IMG/VR virus record: IMGVR_UViG_3300025101_000005
Coordinates: 1-55,708 of that record
Direction: 5' to 3' (one strand)
Source: a virus
Lineage: Duplodnaviria; Caudoviricetes
Length of the DNA stretch: 55,708 bases
Part shown: in pieces, positions 28,801 to 38,064 of the stretch
Layout of the letters: every line of letters starts with the position of its first letter
How positions within the stretch are numbered: position 1 is the stretch's first letter
Position numbers and translations under genes: made by a program
Notes under the pieces: generated by a model
What the model saw: the letters and a program-made list of their open reading frames with translations, nothing else
Database searches by the model: none
Told to the model about the DNA's origin: nothing

Positions 28801-31800
28801 CGCACCTTTTGATGCAGAGGCCAAAACGTTACGAGCAAGACAAGAACTATTTGAAAGCTTACCTTCTGGCGAAGTCCCAGGGCAAACACGTGAAGACGTT
28901 ATTAAAAAGCCTATAGACGAAGCTGAGTTTAATGAAAAAGAACTTGAGCTAAGTGAAGCAGAAGTAGCCATTGTAAACAACATCCTTGGTGAGATGGGTT
29001 TCCGTGGAGCCAATGGATTAAAAGGTAACTCGATTACTGGGCAAACCTTAATGGTTATGGAAGATAAGCTTAGTATGGGTGGGTGGCCTGTAAAAGAAAG
29101 TGCAATGGATGCACGTATTGAGCAGATAGCTTTCCTTGAAAACCTTATGGCTAAGATTGCACCTGATGGTGTAAACAAACCTGTTCAAACAAGGTCAGAA
29201 GCAAAGCTGGCTATAGAGAATATCTTTGCTGGTCACTCATCAGAAGAGATTGCTGGAGCCAAAAGACTTATTGATATGCTTGGAGGAGACCCAGACAAGG
29301 CTCCCCTAATCAGAGGCAAGACGACAGATACTATCGGGGCATACAGAGGTTATTACACACAAAGAGATAACGCTGTAACCATGAGAACTGGTCAGGGTCG
29401 TGGCACTGACATGACTCAGCTTACTCCCACAATAAACGTTTTGTACCATGAGGTTGGTCACTGGGCTTACAGAAACATTCTGACACCAGAAGACAGGGCT
29501 CAGTTTTGGAATATAGCCAAGACACACTACAAAGGAGGCAAGATAGATTCTGACTCCATAGATGAATCACGCTACCTTCAGAACCAAACAATTAGCAAAG
29601 AAGGTCGACCTGATTATGTTGTAAGACAACCTACAAGCCCACAAGAATACTTTGCAGAGCAGTTTGAAATGTGGGTCTCTCGAAAGAAAGCCTCACCAGA
29701 TTTGGCTACAGAGAAGTTTTGGCAAAGGATTGCTACGTACGTCAAAGGTATCTTTGACAGATACTACTATGGCGCTGAACTAAACCCAGACCTAGAGCCT
29801 ATCTTCGCTAAAATTATTCCTGATGTACAAGAAGAAGTTACATTCCGTCTTGGTGTAGATGACAAGCCAAAGACTGATTTCGGACGGCACATACAAAAGC
29901 GTCTTGTTCAGTTGCAAATCACTAAAGAAAACCTAGAAAGTGCAATAGGTCGTGATAGCGCAGATGGAATTGTTGAAGCTCACAAAGAGCTGCAACAGCT
30001 TCTGCTAGAGATGGTTCCGAACTCTAAGGTAGTGGCACGAGATGGTGCAGAGAACGCTATATTCTCTCCACTAAGAAAAGGTGCAGCTGGTAGAAAAGGT
30101 ATGGTCAAGATTATTCGTGACCGAATCAATAACTACGACGAAATGATTGATGGCAAACAGTACGGTACAGACGACGGGTTTGACACACGTAACTATGGTG
30201 ACTTTTCAACTCAAGCAGATATGGAGAAAGTAGCTGAACAGTTAAAAGACTTTTACTACAACGGTTATGGTGGAACATTTGTGCCAGCTGAAGGAATCCC
30301 TGGTCGAATAAAAAACCTAGAGGCTTCGTCTACGCAAAACCTTATTGGCATGATTGATAAGCAGCTAAACTCTGTTTATCAAAAGGTTGAAAACACCACT
30401 AATCTTATTGGTGGTTCTAAACCAGACATGGCTAACAAGCCTCCAGTGCGCTCAAACGGCAAGGTTCAGCCAAGCAAAACAGCCAAGAATACAAAGATTA
30501 AGAACGAAAGAATTAAAGAGCAGACCCTTAACGAAGCTGTGCAAGTTGCAAAAACAAAGAAGAATAGCAGAACAAGGGTTACTACAAAGAATACACCAGC
30601 AATCAATCAGAACTCAGCTGAATCAGTCAAGGGCAAGAAGCTTAATGACTTGCTTGCTTTGTTCAGAAAGCATAAAGGCACAGAGTATGGTGACCAAATT
30701 GGTGTAGAGATTGTAAACAAAATCAAATCTCAGCCAGCGCCAGCCAAGCAAGTACGTGTTTCACGTGGAACATTTAAGCTAAGTGGAGATGCTCTTGAGT
30801 CAGAACTGCTAGATGCTCTGCATGTAGGAGACAAAACTAGGGTAGATGAGGCCTATGCTGAAGTCGTGCGACGTGCAAACAACAAGCGTGCGAAGTCACA
30901 AGGTGGTGCAGCTATACTCAAACCTAAGTTTAAAAAGTCAAAGATGGCTATTGCTACAGAGATAGCTCACAACAAAGGTGTCGTTAGAAACGATGGTATA
31001 CCTTCTGCTGCTCGTGCTTCTGTAAGGGAGATGTTGTCTTACATCACTCACAGAGACACAGAGATGCAACAGGTCAGCAGAACTATTGCATACAGAATGA
31101 TGAACATTCTTAACAAATCATCTTATGGAACTATGCAAAACGCCAACAGAATTACTATGGACATCATGGCTCGTCTTGGTAGGGGTGACTATGCTGTAAC
31201 GGGAGATGGTGCGTTTGGAAACTACAACCTCCCAGACTTTAAAAACTTTAGAAATACAGTAAGACGACTGGCTACATCTTTAAACAAAGGCGAAGATATA
31301 GACAGCGGTATTACAGAACTAAACAATATGGTCATTCGTTCTGGAGCATTGCCACAAGACGAGATGGACGTAATAAGGGCTGCTTACGATGCTCTTGATG
31401 ACACAGCAAAAGCTCAAGTTATTGCCAAGCATGGAAGTAAGTACGAAGGTTACTATTCCATGACCAGAGATGAGATGCTGGCTAATGAATGGTTTGGAGA
31501 TTCTATATCACGATACATGAAAGAAGACATAACTCGTGATGACATTCTCGAACTAAGCATATCTGGCGACACACAAAACATAGCCAACATAGCCGTTCTC
31601 GACAGGGCAATAGACAGAACCATAGAGTATTCTTCTTACATTGCTAATGGTCAGATTGGTAGACAAGACGTTAAGAACGCTTACAGACGTGTATCCATGT
31701 ATGGCGACATGTTTGAAGACAATGCTGCTCGACCACTGGCTGGTTCGCTAGAAGGCAAGTACCTTACACACCCAAGCTATGCAGCTGATTATGCACATGA

Positions 31801-34800
31801 CAGTTTCATGTCTATGTCTAAAGACAAGAAGACAAAGATTCTTAGGTTTGTAAAAGGCGGATACGGGTTTGATGAACCCAATCAAATGCCATTGTTCTTT
31901 TATCATGGTACACCACGTGGCAACAAATTAAAGAAATCAAACAATCCAAACGTGCAGATGCGTCCGTCTGATATAGGGTTGTACGGCCCTGGCATTTACG
32001 TAACAGAGAATCCTTTTGTTGCATCACAGATGTATGCAAGGACACCAACGTTCAATGCAATGGTTGATGCAATAGATGAATCAAACCTATCAGACATTAT
32101 TAAAGAAGATTTGCACTGGGATGCTTTTGAACTTACACAAGTAAGACGAGACATTGGAAAGCTAAGACGACAGTATGCGTCTTTGCAGCCAGATGCTTAC
32201 TTGCAGCGGGAGATTGCAGACGAGAGGGTTATCGTTAAAGAACAGCTAGACGAACTCATACAGGTTGAGCGTGGTTTAGTAGCAAACATGAAAAATAATG
32301 GCATGGAGTTTGAGTCTGATGTCTTGCCTACAGTTATAAAACTAGATAGCCCAGCAGACTTCAGAGCAACAAGTATATATCAGTCTGAAGACGACCCGTT
32401 CTTGCAAGCTATCATGGCAAAGTTTAACGAAGAAGACGTGCCAGCAGAGATGATTTCTTCTCTTAGCATGCGTGGCGTAGATGGCAGAGCATTTGGCCCA
32501 AGAAGTGGAGAAGATATTTATAATTCTGTTATTGATGCTTTTGTTCGCTTCGGTGGCAGAAGTAAGACAGGCGCTCAAGCAGAATTTAACAATATGTTAC
32601 AAGAGATGGGATACGATGGTCTCTTAACTACACACAGAAATAGTTTGAATGATGGGGATGAGTTCGTTCAAACTAATAGGACTTATGGCGCTTCAAGTAT
32701 TCAACATGAAACAGCTGTTTTGTTTAACTCAAATCAAATTAAACACATCGACGCAGATGAGTTTAACGATATGGAATATGGCATCTATGCACAAACCACA
32801 GGCAACCCAATTCCAAAAGGTGCTGTAGGAAGCATGGCAAGGGGTCTTCAAGACGGAGACTTTAACAGCATAAATGACATTCCTGTCGGTGAGTTTGGAG
32901 AGCTACTAGAATCAGCTGGCGGTGACCCAAACTATGTTGGCGCTCTTATGTCTCTTATGAGAAAGAGAACGCTTACACCAGCCGAAGAAGAAACAATTAG
33001 AAAGTCTAGCCCTGTTGGGTTCCTTAAATCACAGTCTAACAACTTGAGAGATATGGGTGCTAGGTGGCTAGGCGACTGGTATGAAAACCATTTCCCTAAT
33101 TTGAACCAACGCTTTGCTGGCATATACTTTCCAATACAGAAGGCAATGAGAGGTTTGCCTGACTCTGATGGAAGCCTGAAAAGATATTTTAAGAAGTCTG
33201 TAAATGTTGGGACAACAGTCACAGACAAAATTGCAGAGCAACCAAAATCACATTCTAAGATTGTAAAAGCTTTACGTTACGGAGATGGAAGCCGTCAAGA
33301 AACAGCTCTTACCGACCAAGAACGTGTTGTTTACAGGCAAATTAGAAGTGCCTTTGAAGCAGAAAGACAAGCCATGTTAGATGCTGGCTTGATGGTTGGC
33401 TATAGACAAAACTATTTCCCACAAGTTTGGAACGCAAAAGCTATTGGCAAAGACAGAGATAAGTTTCTCGAAGTTCTACAACGATACTACAACAAAGACG
33501 CACTTCTAAATGGCAGAACACCTACAGACGAAGAAGCAAAAGACTTTGCTGAAGGCGTTATGATGAAGCTTGTAGATGATGAGGATGGTGCAGACGGAAC
33601 ATTTATTCCAGTAAAAGGCACAACAAGGAGCCCAACATTTGACAACGTTGATTACTCAAGGGTTCTTGAGCTTGATAAACCAGAGTTTATTGATGAGCTT
33701 CGAGACCTAGAAAAGTATTTAGAGAGTGACCTCGATGCGTTGCTTGTTAAATACTTTGAGGGTAGCTCAAGAAAGATGACCCATGTGGACGAGCTTGGTA
33801 TTAATAGCCACGCTGTTTACGATTACATGCAAGTAGCTGAAGAAGGTGTGCAAGGAATTGCAAAACTTCTATCAACAAACAAACAGTTTAGGTTTGACAG
33901 GAGTGCAACAAACGCATCTGGCATGATGGAAACATTTACTTTGCAAGACGTAATACGTATGCCGTTTGCAAACAGTGATGCTGAAGCTCTTAGATTTGCA
34001 GAGCAGTTAGTGAACACACATAATGGTGCTGGCGCTCCAGCTGCAAGACAACTTATATATGCGGTAGCTCCAATAGACCCACGCACTGGCAGAATGAACC
34101 AGACATATAAGAGACGTGCTGATGCAATCGTGCATGCTCTTGATGACTTCAAAGGCAAAACAGGAGTGTTGCAACCACAAGACTATGACTTTATCGAGCG
34201 TTCTTTGAAGCCTGTTATGAAGAAGCCTCTAACAACTATGGGAGGCAAAGCAATACAAACAGCCTCAAGGAATTTAAGATTCTTTAACAACATTACGTTG
34301 CTTTCATACACAACTCTTACATCACTTGGTGACTTGGTACTTCCAGTCATTCGTTCTGGAAGTATGAAGTCTTGGATGAAAGGCATGTTCAGCCTGAGAG
34401 ATGCTGAGATGAGGCAAGCGATTAGAAACACAGGCGTTGCTATGGAGAACATCATTCACGAAAGAATGATTCATCTGTATGGCGCACCTGATGGCAAGGC
34501 ATCACATGCTTTCTTCAATGCCACGTTGCTTACAGACTGGACTGATATGAACAGACAGATAGCAGCAGCAACTGGTTACAACTATTTCCAAGCTATGCAG
34601 ACGAAAGCATTTAACAACTTCAAGGAAGGTGTGCCTTACGCACAGCAACCAGCATCATACAAAACTGCACACAGAGCTTTGAAGATGTATGGTCTTGAGA
34701 TGTATTTGCCTGGGGCAGAAGTAAATCCAAAATCTCTTGGCGATAAAAACGTCTTGCAAGACAAGCATGTTAAGATGGCTATGATAAGATTCGCTGATGA

Positions 34801-35467
34801 TTCTATCTTCCAACCTAATGCAGACGACGTGCCAATGTGGGCTCAGACACCAATAGGTGCGCTTGTATTCCAGCTCAAGTCATTCCCGCTGATGATGACA
34901 CGTCTTACAGGACACGTCTTGAAGGAAGCAAACTCTGGAAACTTTGGCCCACTGTTAGCTTTCGCAGCTCTTGGCCCAACATTTGGTATGGGAACTCTAG
35001 CAGCAAAAGATATTTTGCAGTCACGTGGTGGCGATGATGGTAGAAGCCCAGAGACTAGAAAGAGAAACATTCTTAAATCTCTAGGCTATGACAAGAAAGT
35101 ACACGGAGATGAAGACAACTTCCTTGGCTGGTATGTTGAAGGTTTAATTGTAATGGGTGGTCTTGGTCTTATTGGAGACATGATGCACACAGCAGTTGAA
35201 CAAATAGACAACGGAGCTTACGGACGAGAAAGAATGTGGGGAACATTACTCGGCCCAACGTTTGGTCTTGGCAACTCAGCAGCTAATGTTTTTGCTGGTA
35301 TCGGAGCAGAAGAAGGAAGCGGTAAATCAAGACAAGCAGTCAGAGAAATTGCCAACAGGATACCAGTTGTCGGTGGTAACAGAGCAGCTAAAGAAGCTAT
35401 CGTTGATGCAGTTGCTGGTGAATCTGATGACAATTCAAAGTCTTATCTAAGGAGCATCACTAAATAA
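25880..35467 (+). CDS. giant polyvalent internal virion protein (zincin metallopeptidase and ADP-ribosyltransferase-like domains)
   Basis: 3195 aa; GGAG RBS. Gly/Ala hydrophobic segment near the N-terminus, HEVGH...EYFAE, YHGT...GPGIY.T...GYDG...NQIK, and an ejection-protein-like C-terminus. Confidence 0.8.
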   Translation: MANQTNYDGISFTPQEEGATDVGYLNVSPDQITKDPRFLTDLRKYYADYGQFYSTDQEYLDEFYEDATWRDLNTAGAVIGATYTQGESKETRARAKRLEQAWRQLPMFWQEGGRGIASAAPDIAKAIILDPVNLIPVIGAYGKAAQVAKAAYLAGQTGKQATIAGVKSGIIGAGVREAAIGAGAEGVISTANQIRDVQLGLEDEVSIGRVAKDAVIGGATGGLIGGGVLGPVPAVIGARRGINTTAAQTDELISKGLTGQQIADTVAARGVTGFDELVTASKDTDAFIQPSDAATTETTATTESPTAEIDEKINQIKTFYKEEQDLLDSQLDDGIDPDIVAETEVNLNELAALREFGENLKAEQIEISKLEASNNPNLRAQAQKRRAIFERNYSKFRRATRGGLNLSEINEILEQYRAKPSDTADANPVETEATTTEATGEGTTTTEAAPEGRTEGAVSEADTTTTTTTTETVPADETVTATVEVKFDDMPFRNEAQKTKIQSRFNEEYTQEQFEADFAAGKISVGRDGKFTRDSVGEVTASASLARDRKAFTEMMDSGKAEPNETTVTAEPEAKTDEIIIDSESRGKALAAGLDPKDIPAAEASASGRVTKRQVNKAINAAKNNPPSSYAQQVQRDLDTLLANIGNDIDVDENSLRALIRVMSQDKASYKSDPDDILALFDEFSKSGMATGDKAFTQTELKKIRQLVRKIRDPKDGNPEFSKETAQILAERQVLNARDNPETQTESLVRSVQKSIDNKGIYETAGRDTRGRIQAMLRKSSVNVKPNEFAKEEAIIKATSGKGPDVVKYISGGETAVGPDGRKIRVKAGTTLFADGVTKRSFVSYEYLMKTRGVNIGKKSTKKVKQPTDETPTITNEVVQKLVADLQTDGDTDKFIRTVKALQKKGAGVPEEPSATVDVPTTSAGKKLIIRSKNNAADVRMISQKQISEGKGIEAIIGQKGGPNSNPANWDIKYAPFDAEAKTLRARQELFESLPSGEVPGQTREDVIKKPIDEAEFNEKELELSEAEVAIVNNILGEMGFRGANGLKGNSITGQTLMVMEDKLSMGGWPVKESAMDARIEQIAFLENLMAKIAPDGVNKPVQTRSEAKLAIENIFAGHSSEEIAGAKRLIDMLGGDPDKAPLIRGKTTDTIGAYRGYYTQRDNAVTMRTGQGRGTDMTQLTPTINVLYHEVGHWAYRNILTPEDRAQFWNIAKTHYKGGKIDSDSIDESRYLQNQTISKEGRPDYVVRQPTSPQEYFAEQFEMWVSRKKASPDLATEKFWQRIATYVKGIFDRYYYGAELNPDLEPIFAKIIPDVQEEVTFRLGVDDKPKTDFGRHIQKRLVQLQITKENLESAIGRDSADGIVEAHKELQQLLLEMVPNSKVVARDGAENAIFSPLRKGAAGRKGMVKIIRDRINNYDEMIDGKQYGTDDGFDTRNYGDFSTQADMEKVAEQLKDFYYNGYGGTFVPAEGIPGRIKNLEASSTQNLIGMIDKQLNSVYQKVENTTNLIGGSKPDMANKPPVRSNGKVQPSKTAKNTKIKNERIKEQTLNEAVQVAKTKKNSRTRVTTKNTPAINQNSAESVKGKKLNDLLALFRKHKGTEYGDQIGVEIVNKIKSQPAPAKQVRVSRGTFKLSGDALESELLDALHVGDKTRVDEAYAEVVRRANNKRAKSQGGAAILKPKFKKSKMAIATEIAHNKGVVRNDGIPSAARASVREMLSYITHRDTEMQQVSRTIAYRMMNILNKSSYGTMQNANRITMDIMARLGRGDYAVTGDGAFGNYNLPDFKNFRNTVRRLATSLNKGEDIDSGITELNNMVIRSGALPQDEMDVIRAAYDALDDTAKAQVIAKHGSKYEGYYSMTRDEMLANEWFGDSISRYMKEDITRDDILELSISGDTQNIANIAVLDRAIDRTIEYSSYIANGQIGRQDVKNAYRRVSMYGDMFEDNAARPLAGSLEGKYLTHPSYAADYAHDSFMSMSKDKKTKILRFVKGGYGFDEPNQMPLFFYHGTPRGNKLKKSNNPNVQMRPSDIGLYGPGIYVTENPFVASQMYARTPTFNAMVDAIDESNLSDIIKEDLHWDAFELTQVRRDIGKLRRQYASLQPDAYLQREIADERVIVKEQLDELIQVERGLVANMKNNGMEFESDVLPTVIKLDSPADFRATSIYQSEDDPFLQAIMAKFNEEDVPAEMISSLSMRGVDGRAFGPRSGEDIYNSVIDAFVRFGGRSKTGAQAEFNNMLQEMGYDGLLTTHRNSLNDGDEFVQTNRTYGASSIQHETAVLFNSNQIKHIDADEFNDMEYGIYAQTTGNPIPKGAVGSMARGLQDGDFNSINDIPVGEFGELLESAGGDPNYVGALMSLMRKRTLTPAEEETIRKSSPVGFLKSQSNNLRDMGARWLGDWYENHFPNLNQRFAGIYFPIQKAMRGLPDSDGSLKRYFKKSVNVGTTVTDKIAEQPKSHSKIVKALRYGDGSRQETALTDQERVVYRQIRSAFEAERQAMLDAGLMVGYRQNYFPQVWNAKAIGKDRDKFLEVLQRYYNKDALLNGRTPTDEEAKDFAEGVMMKLVDDEDGADGTFIPVKGTTRSPTFDNVDYSRVLELDKPEFIDELRDLEKYLESDLDALLVKYFEGSSRKMTHVDELGINSHAVYDYMQVAEEGVQGIAKLLSTNKQFRFDRSATNASGMMETFTLQDVIRMPFANSDAEALRFAEQLVNTHNGAGAPAARQLIYAVAPIDPRTGRMNQTYKRRADAIVHALDDFKGKTGVLQPQDYDFIERSLKPVMKKPLTTMGGKAIQTASRNLRFFNNITLLSYTTLTSLGDLVLPVIRSGSMKSWMKGMFSLRDAEMRQAIRNTGVAMENIIHERMIHLYGAPDGKASHAFFNATLLTDWTDMNRQIAAATGYNYFQAMQTKAFNNFKEGVPYAQQPASYKTAHRALKMYGLEMYLPGAEVNPKSLGDKNVLQDKHVKMAMIRFADDSIFQPNADDVPMWAQTPIGALVFQLKSFPLMMTRLTGHVLKEANSGNFGPLLAFAALGPTFGMGTLAAKDILQSRGGDDGRSPETRKRNILKSLGYDKKVHGDEDNFLGWYVEGLIVMGGLGLIGDMMHTAVEQIDNGAYGRERMWGTLLGPTFGLGNSAANVFAGIGAEEGSGKSRQAVREIANRIPVVGGNRAAKEAIVDAVAGESDDNSKSYLRSITK

Positions 35468-35850
35468 TGTACGAGTACGCCATAAAAGAAATAACCAAAG
35501 TAGTTGATGGCGATACTGTCGACATGGTGATAGACCTTGGCTTCAGCCTTACAAAGAAAGAACGTGTACGTCTTGCTGGTATCGACGCACCAGAAAGCAG
35601 AACACGTGACCTCGATGAAAAGCAGATGGGGCTCGAAGCAAAAGCATTTCTTACAAGACGTCTTGCTGACGGCGAGCCTTCAGGTCTCAAAGTTAAGACA
35701 GAAAAAGACGGCAAGTATGGTAGAATGTTGGGGTGGATTTACATAGGACAGACGAACTTAAATGAAGAGATGGTCTATCGTGGTTACGCCTGGGAGTATG
35801 ACGGAGGCAAGAAAACAAAAAGCCTAGACGAACTGAAGGCGAAGCGATGA
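35467..35850 (+). CDS. thermonuclease (SNase-like) family protein
   Basis: VVDGDT, RVRLAGIDAPE, GKYGRMLG and GYA motifs. Confidence 0.9.
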   Translation: MYEYAIKEITKVVDGDTVDMVIDLGFSLTKKERVRLAGIDAPESRTRDLDEKQMGLEAKAFLTRRLADGEPSGLKVKTEKDGKYGRMLGWIYIGQTNLNEEMVYRGYAWEYDGGKKTKSLDELKAKR

Positions 35851-36161
35851 ACCAAAAAAAACTACAAGTAGAATCTAAGTATGCAGAATATGATGAAGAC
35901 GGTGATGGCATTGTGAGTGATGAAGAACTTGCTCACGTAAAGACTATAAAAGAAACCGAGACGAGTTTACGAAAAAATTTAGCACAGTTACGCATGGCTA
36001 GGTTCACACTGATTGCTATGGGTGCATTTACTGCTGCAATGTTTTTCGTACCAATAGAGCGAGTACAAGCTCTAGCGGATATTAGTAACCTATTCTATAT
36101 ATCAGGCGCTGGAATAGTCGGCGCATATATGGGAACAACAGCATGGATGGCAAGAAAATGA
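35847..36161 (+). CDS. EF-hand-loop plus two-TM membrane protein (holin/antiholin-like)
   Basis: DEDGDGIVSDEE 12-residue loop, then two hydrophobic helices. Confidence 0.7.
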   Translation: MNQKKLQVESKYAEYDEDGDGIVSDEELAHVKTIKETETSLRKNLAQLRMARFTLIAMGAFTAAMFFVPIERVQALADISNLFYISGAGIVGAYMGTTAWMARK

Positions 36162-36541
36162 TACAAGCACTGATTGGCCCAGTAACAGGGCTACTAGATA
36201 AATTTATAGAGGACAAAGACCAGAAGAATAAAATTGCTTTTGAATTAAGCACGATGGCAGAACGTCACGGGCAAGAATTAGCACTGGCTCAGATAGAAGT
36301 TTTAAAAGAAGACGCTAAAGGCAACTGGTTTCAGTCGTCTTGGCGACCCTTGATTGGCTGGATTTCTGGCTTATCCCTTGGAATCAATTACATGGTCGCA
36401 CCGATTTGCGCTGGCTTTGGCATTATGATACCACAAGCAGACATGTCCGTAATGATGCCATTGATGTTTGGCATGCTCGGAATTGGTGGAATGAGGAGCT
36501 ATGACAAGATGAAAAAAACTGATACGAAAGGAATCAAATGA
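36158..36541 (+). CDS. holin (3TM / GTA-holin-like)
   Basis: MIQALIGPV start; SSWRPLIGW and GMLGIGGMRSYDK motifs. Confidence 0.85.
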   Translation: MIQALIGPVTGLLDKFIEDKDQKNKIAFELSTMAERHGQELALAQIEVLKEDAKGNWFQSSWRPLIGWISGLSLGINYMVAPICAGFGIMIPQADMSVMMPLMFGMLGIGGMRSYDKMKKTDTKGIK

Positions 36542-36993
36542 CATTTAAATTATCAGAGCGAAGCCTCGGCAAGCTTGAAGGCGTGAATGACAGCATGAAA
36601 CTTGTTGTTATGAAAGCCATAACCCTTACAAAAATTGACTTCGGAGTTATTTGTGGTCTGCGAACTCAAGAAGAACAAGAGGAGCTGGTAGCAAAAGGTG
36701 CATCCAAGACGATGAAATCACACCACCTTACTGGCAACGCTGTAGACTTAATGTGTTACATTGGTTCACGAGGTTCCTGGGAATTAAATTTGTATGACGA
36801 CATTGCAGACGCAATGAAACAAGCAGCCCAAGACGAAGGAGTTGGAGTACGTTGGGGTGCTGCGTGGCAAATACCAGATATTCGAGAATGGGATGGGACA
36901 ATGGAAGAAGCTATGAACGCTTACGTAGATTTACGTAGGTCACAAGGCAGACGTCCTTTCATTGACGCTCCACACTTTGAACTCAGCTCATAA
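36538..36993 (+). CDS. endolysin, peptidase M15 family
   Basis: GLRT.EEQ, SHHLTGNAVD, RWG..W and DAPHFEL zinc-peptidase motifs. Confidence 0.9.
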   Translation: MTFKLSERSLGKLEGVNDSMKLVVMKAITLTKIDFGVICGLRTQEEQEELVAKGASKTMKSHHLTGNAVDLMCYIGSRGSWELNLYDDIADAMKQAAQDEGVGVRWGAAWQIPDIREWDGTMEEAMNAYVDLRRSQGRRPFIDAPHFELSS

Positions 36994-37027
36994 CAGGTTT
37001 GTAAATAAACTACTTATTATTATTGTT

Positions 37028-37222
37028 TTAGTCTGCTGGATACTTGATGACCCTTCGGCATTGCTTCTTCTGTACAATGGGGTCTCTCTTTTGTTCAAGT
37101 AAGTTAGCCATAACCAAACAACTTGCATGGCTAGTAAACTCTAGTCTGTGTAGTTTTACTTCCGACGACTCAACGTCTGGAACAATCAGCAACCACAAGC
37201 TGTAAACAATTACTTCCTTCAT
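37028..37222 (-). CDS. hypothetical protein
   Basis: ATGA-coupled to the upstream gene; F.S..SC...C pattern. Confidence 0.6.
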   Translation of the reverse strand: MKEVIVYSLWLLIVPDVESSEVKLHRLEFTSHASCLVMANLLEQKRDPIVQKKQCRRVIKYPAD

Positions 37223-37539
37223 TTGAAAGACCTGTACTCAACAGTCTTGTTCAAATCTCTAGCTACCTTTATGCCTTGCTTCATCCCTTTCGATATACCT
37301 CTGTCTGTATAGACGACCACATAATCTGCAACATCATACCACTTAAATGCAGCATCTAATCCTATTTGCCTTTCTGACTCTACGTCTTCGTCTAGCACTT
37401 GCGTGTAGAGTAGGTGAGATAAAAAAGGGCTCTCGCCCTTTTTTAATGAATCAAGCATACACTTACGTGCGAACTCTCTATTTTTTTTTCGGTCTGCCTC
37501 GTTTTGCCCTTTGTACGGGCTTTCCACTATTACTTTCAT
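37219..37539 (-). CDS. nucleoside 2-deoxyribosyltransferase-like fold protein
   Basis: VIVESPY.G, GESPFLSHLLY, D.VVVY.D.GIS.GM..GI motifs. Confidence 0.7.
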   Translation of the reverse strand: MKVIVESPYKGQNEADRKKNREFARKCMLDSLKKGESPFLSHLLYTQVLDEDVESERQIGLDAAFKWYDVADYVVVYTDRGISKGMKQGIKVARDLNKTVEYRSFK

Positions 37540-37810
37540 TTGTTATTTCTCCTCCAATAGCTCCATAAGCACACAAGTCCACCCATGAATCTGCATGCTC
37601 TGGTGTTTTTATAAGCCGTGAAATCTTTAAACCCATCATACACATAACAACTTGCTCGGCTGTTATCTCTTTACCAAGAATCACAGACCAAATCTTAGCA
37701 ATGTCCTCATGGTTTTTCTTTGCTGGCCCATACACTTTAGCTCTATCACTATTGATAAGCTGGTCTGCTGTACCCAAAAACGAAGTGCGATTAAATTTTT
37801 TCTTACTCAT
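37478..37810 (-). CDS. DUF6378-like protein
   Basis: DR...YG....N...IA..WS, M..LKISR, H.DSWVD..AYGA motifs. Confidence 0.8.
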   Translation of the reverse strand: MSKKKFNRTSFLGTADQLINSDRAKVYGPAKKNHEDIAKIWSVILGKEITAEQVVMCMMGLKISRLIKTPEHADSWVDLCAYGAIGGEITNESNSGKPVQRAKRGRPKKK

Positions 37811-38063
37811 TTTTCATTCTCATTTTTATTAGTTGTATCTGTGCCTCAAGCTCTCGCTTCTTGTGGTTAAGTTCCACAGTCTCCTTGCGAAGATGCTTAC
37901 GTTTATCATTGGCTTTTGCAAAGTCATCCTTCTCAAGATTGCTTCTTGAAATGCGCTCTAGTATAGAGTTGATTTCGTTCTCGTTATGCTCGATGTCTTT
38001 CATAACTTCGGAACGTTTCTTGTGTAATGTTACAAATTTATTTTCTAACTCTTCATACTTCAT
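37803..38063 (-). CDS. coiled-coil hypothetical protein
   Basis: Likely start MKYEELE at 38063, directly after the exonuclease stop. Confidence 0.7.
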   Translation of the reverse strand: MKYEELENKFVTLHKKRSEVMKDIEHNENEINSILERISRSNLEKDDFAKANDKRKHLRKETVELNHKKRELEAQIQLIKMRMKNE

Positions 38064-38064
38064 G

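Noticed and set aside
25880-35467. Giant ORF as an N4-like or crAss-like virion RNA polymerase
   Set aside because: The size is similar, but I found neither a DxDxD double-psi-barrel motif in context nor T7-type polymerase motifs. The recognisable motifs are zincin and ART-like.
36994-37027. attP or terminator at the convergence of the lysis and recombination blocks
   Set aside because: Only 34 AT-rich bases with no convincing stem or tRNA-like core.
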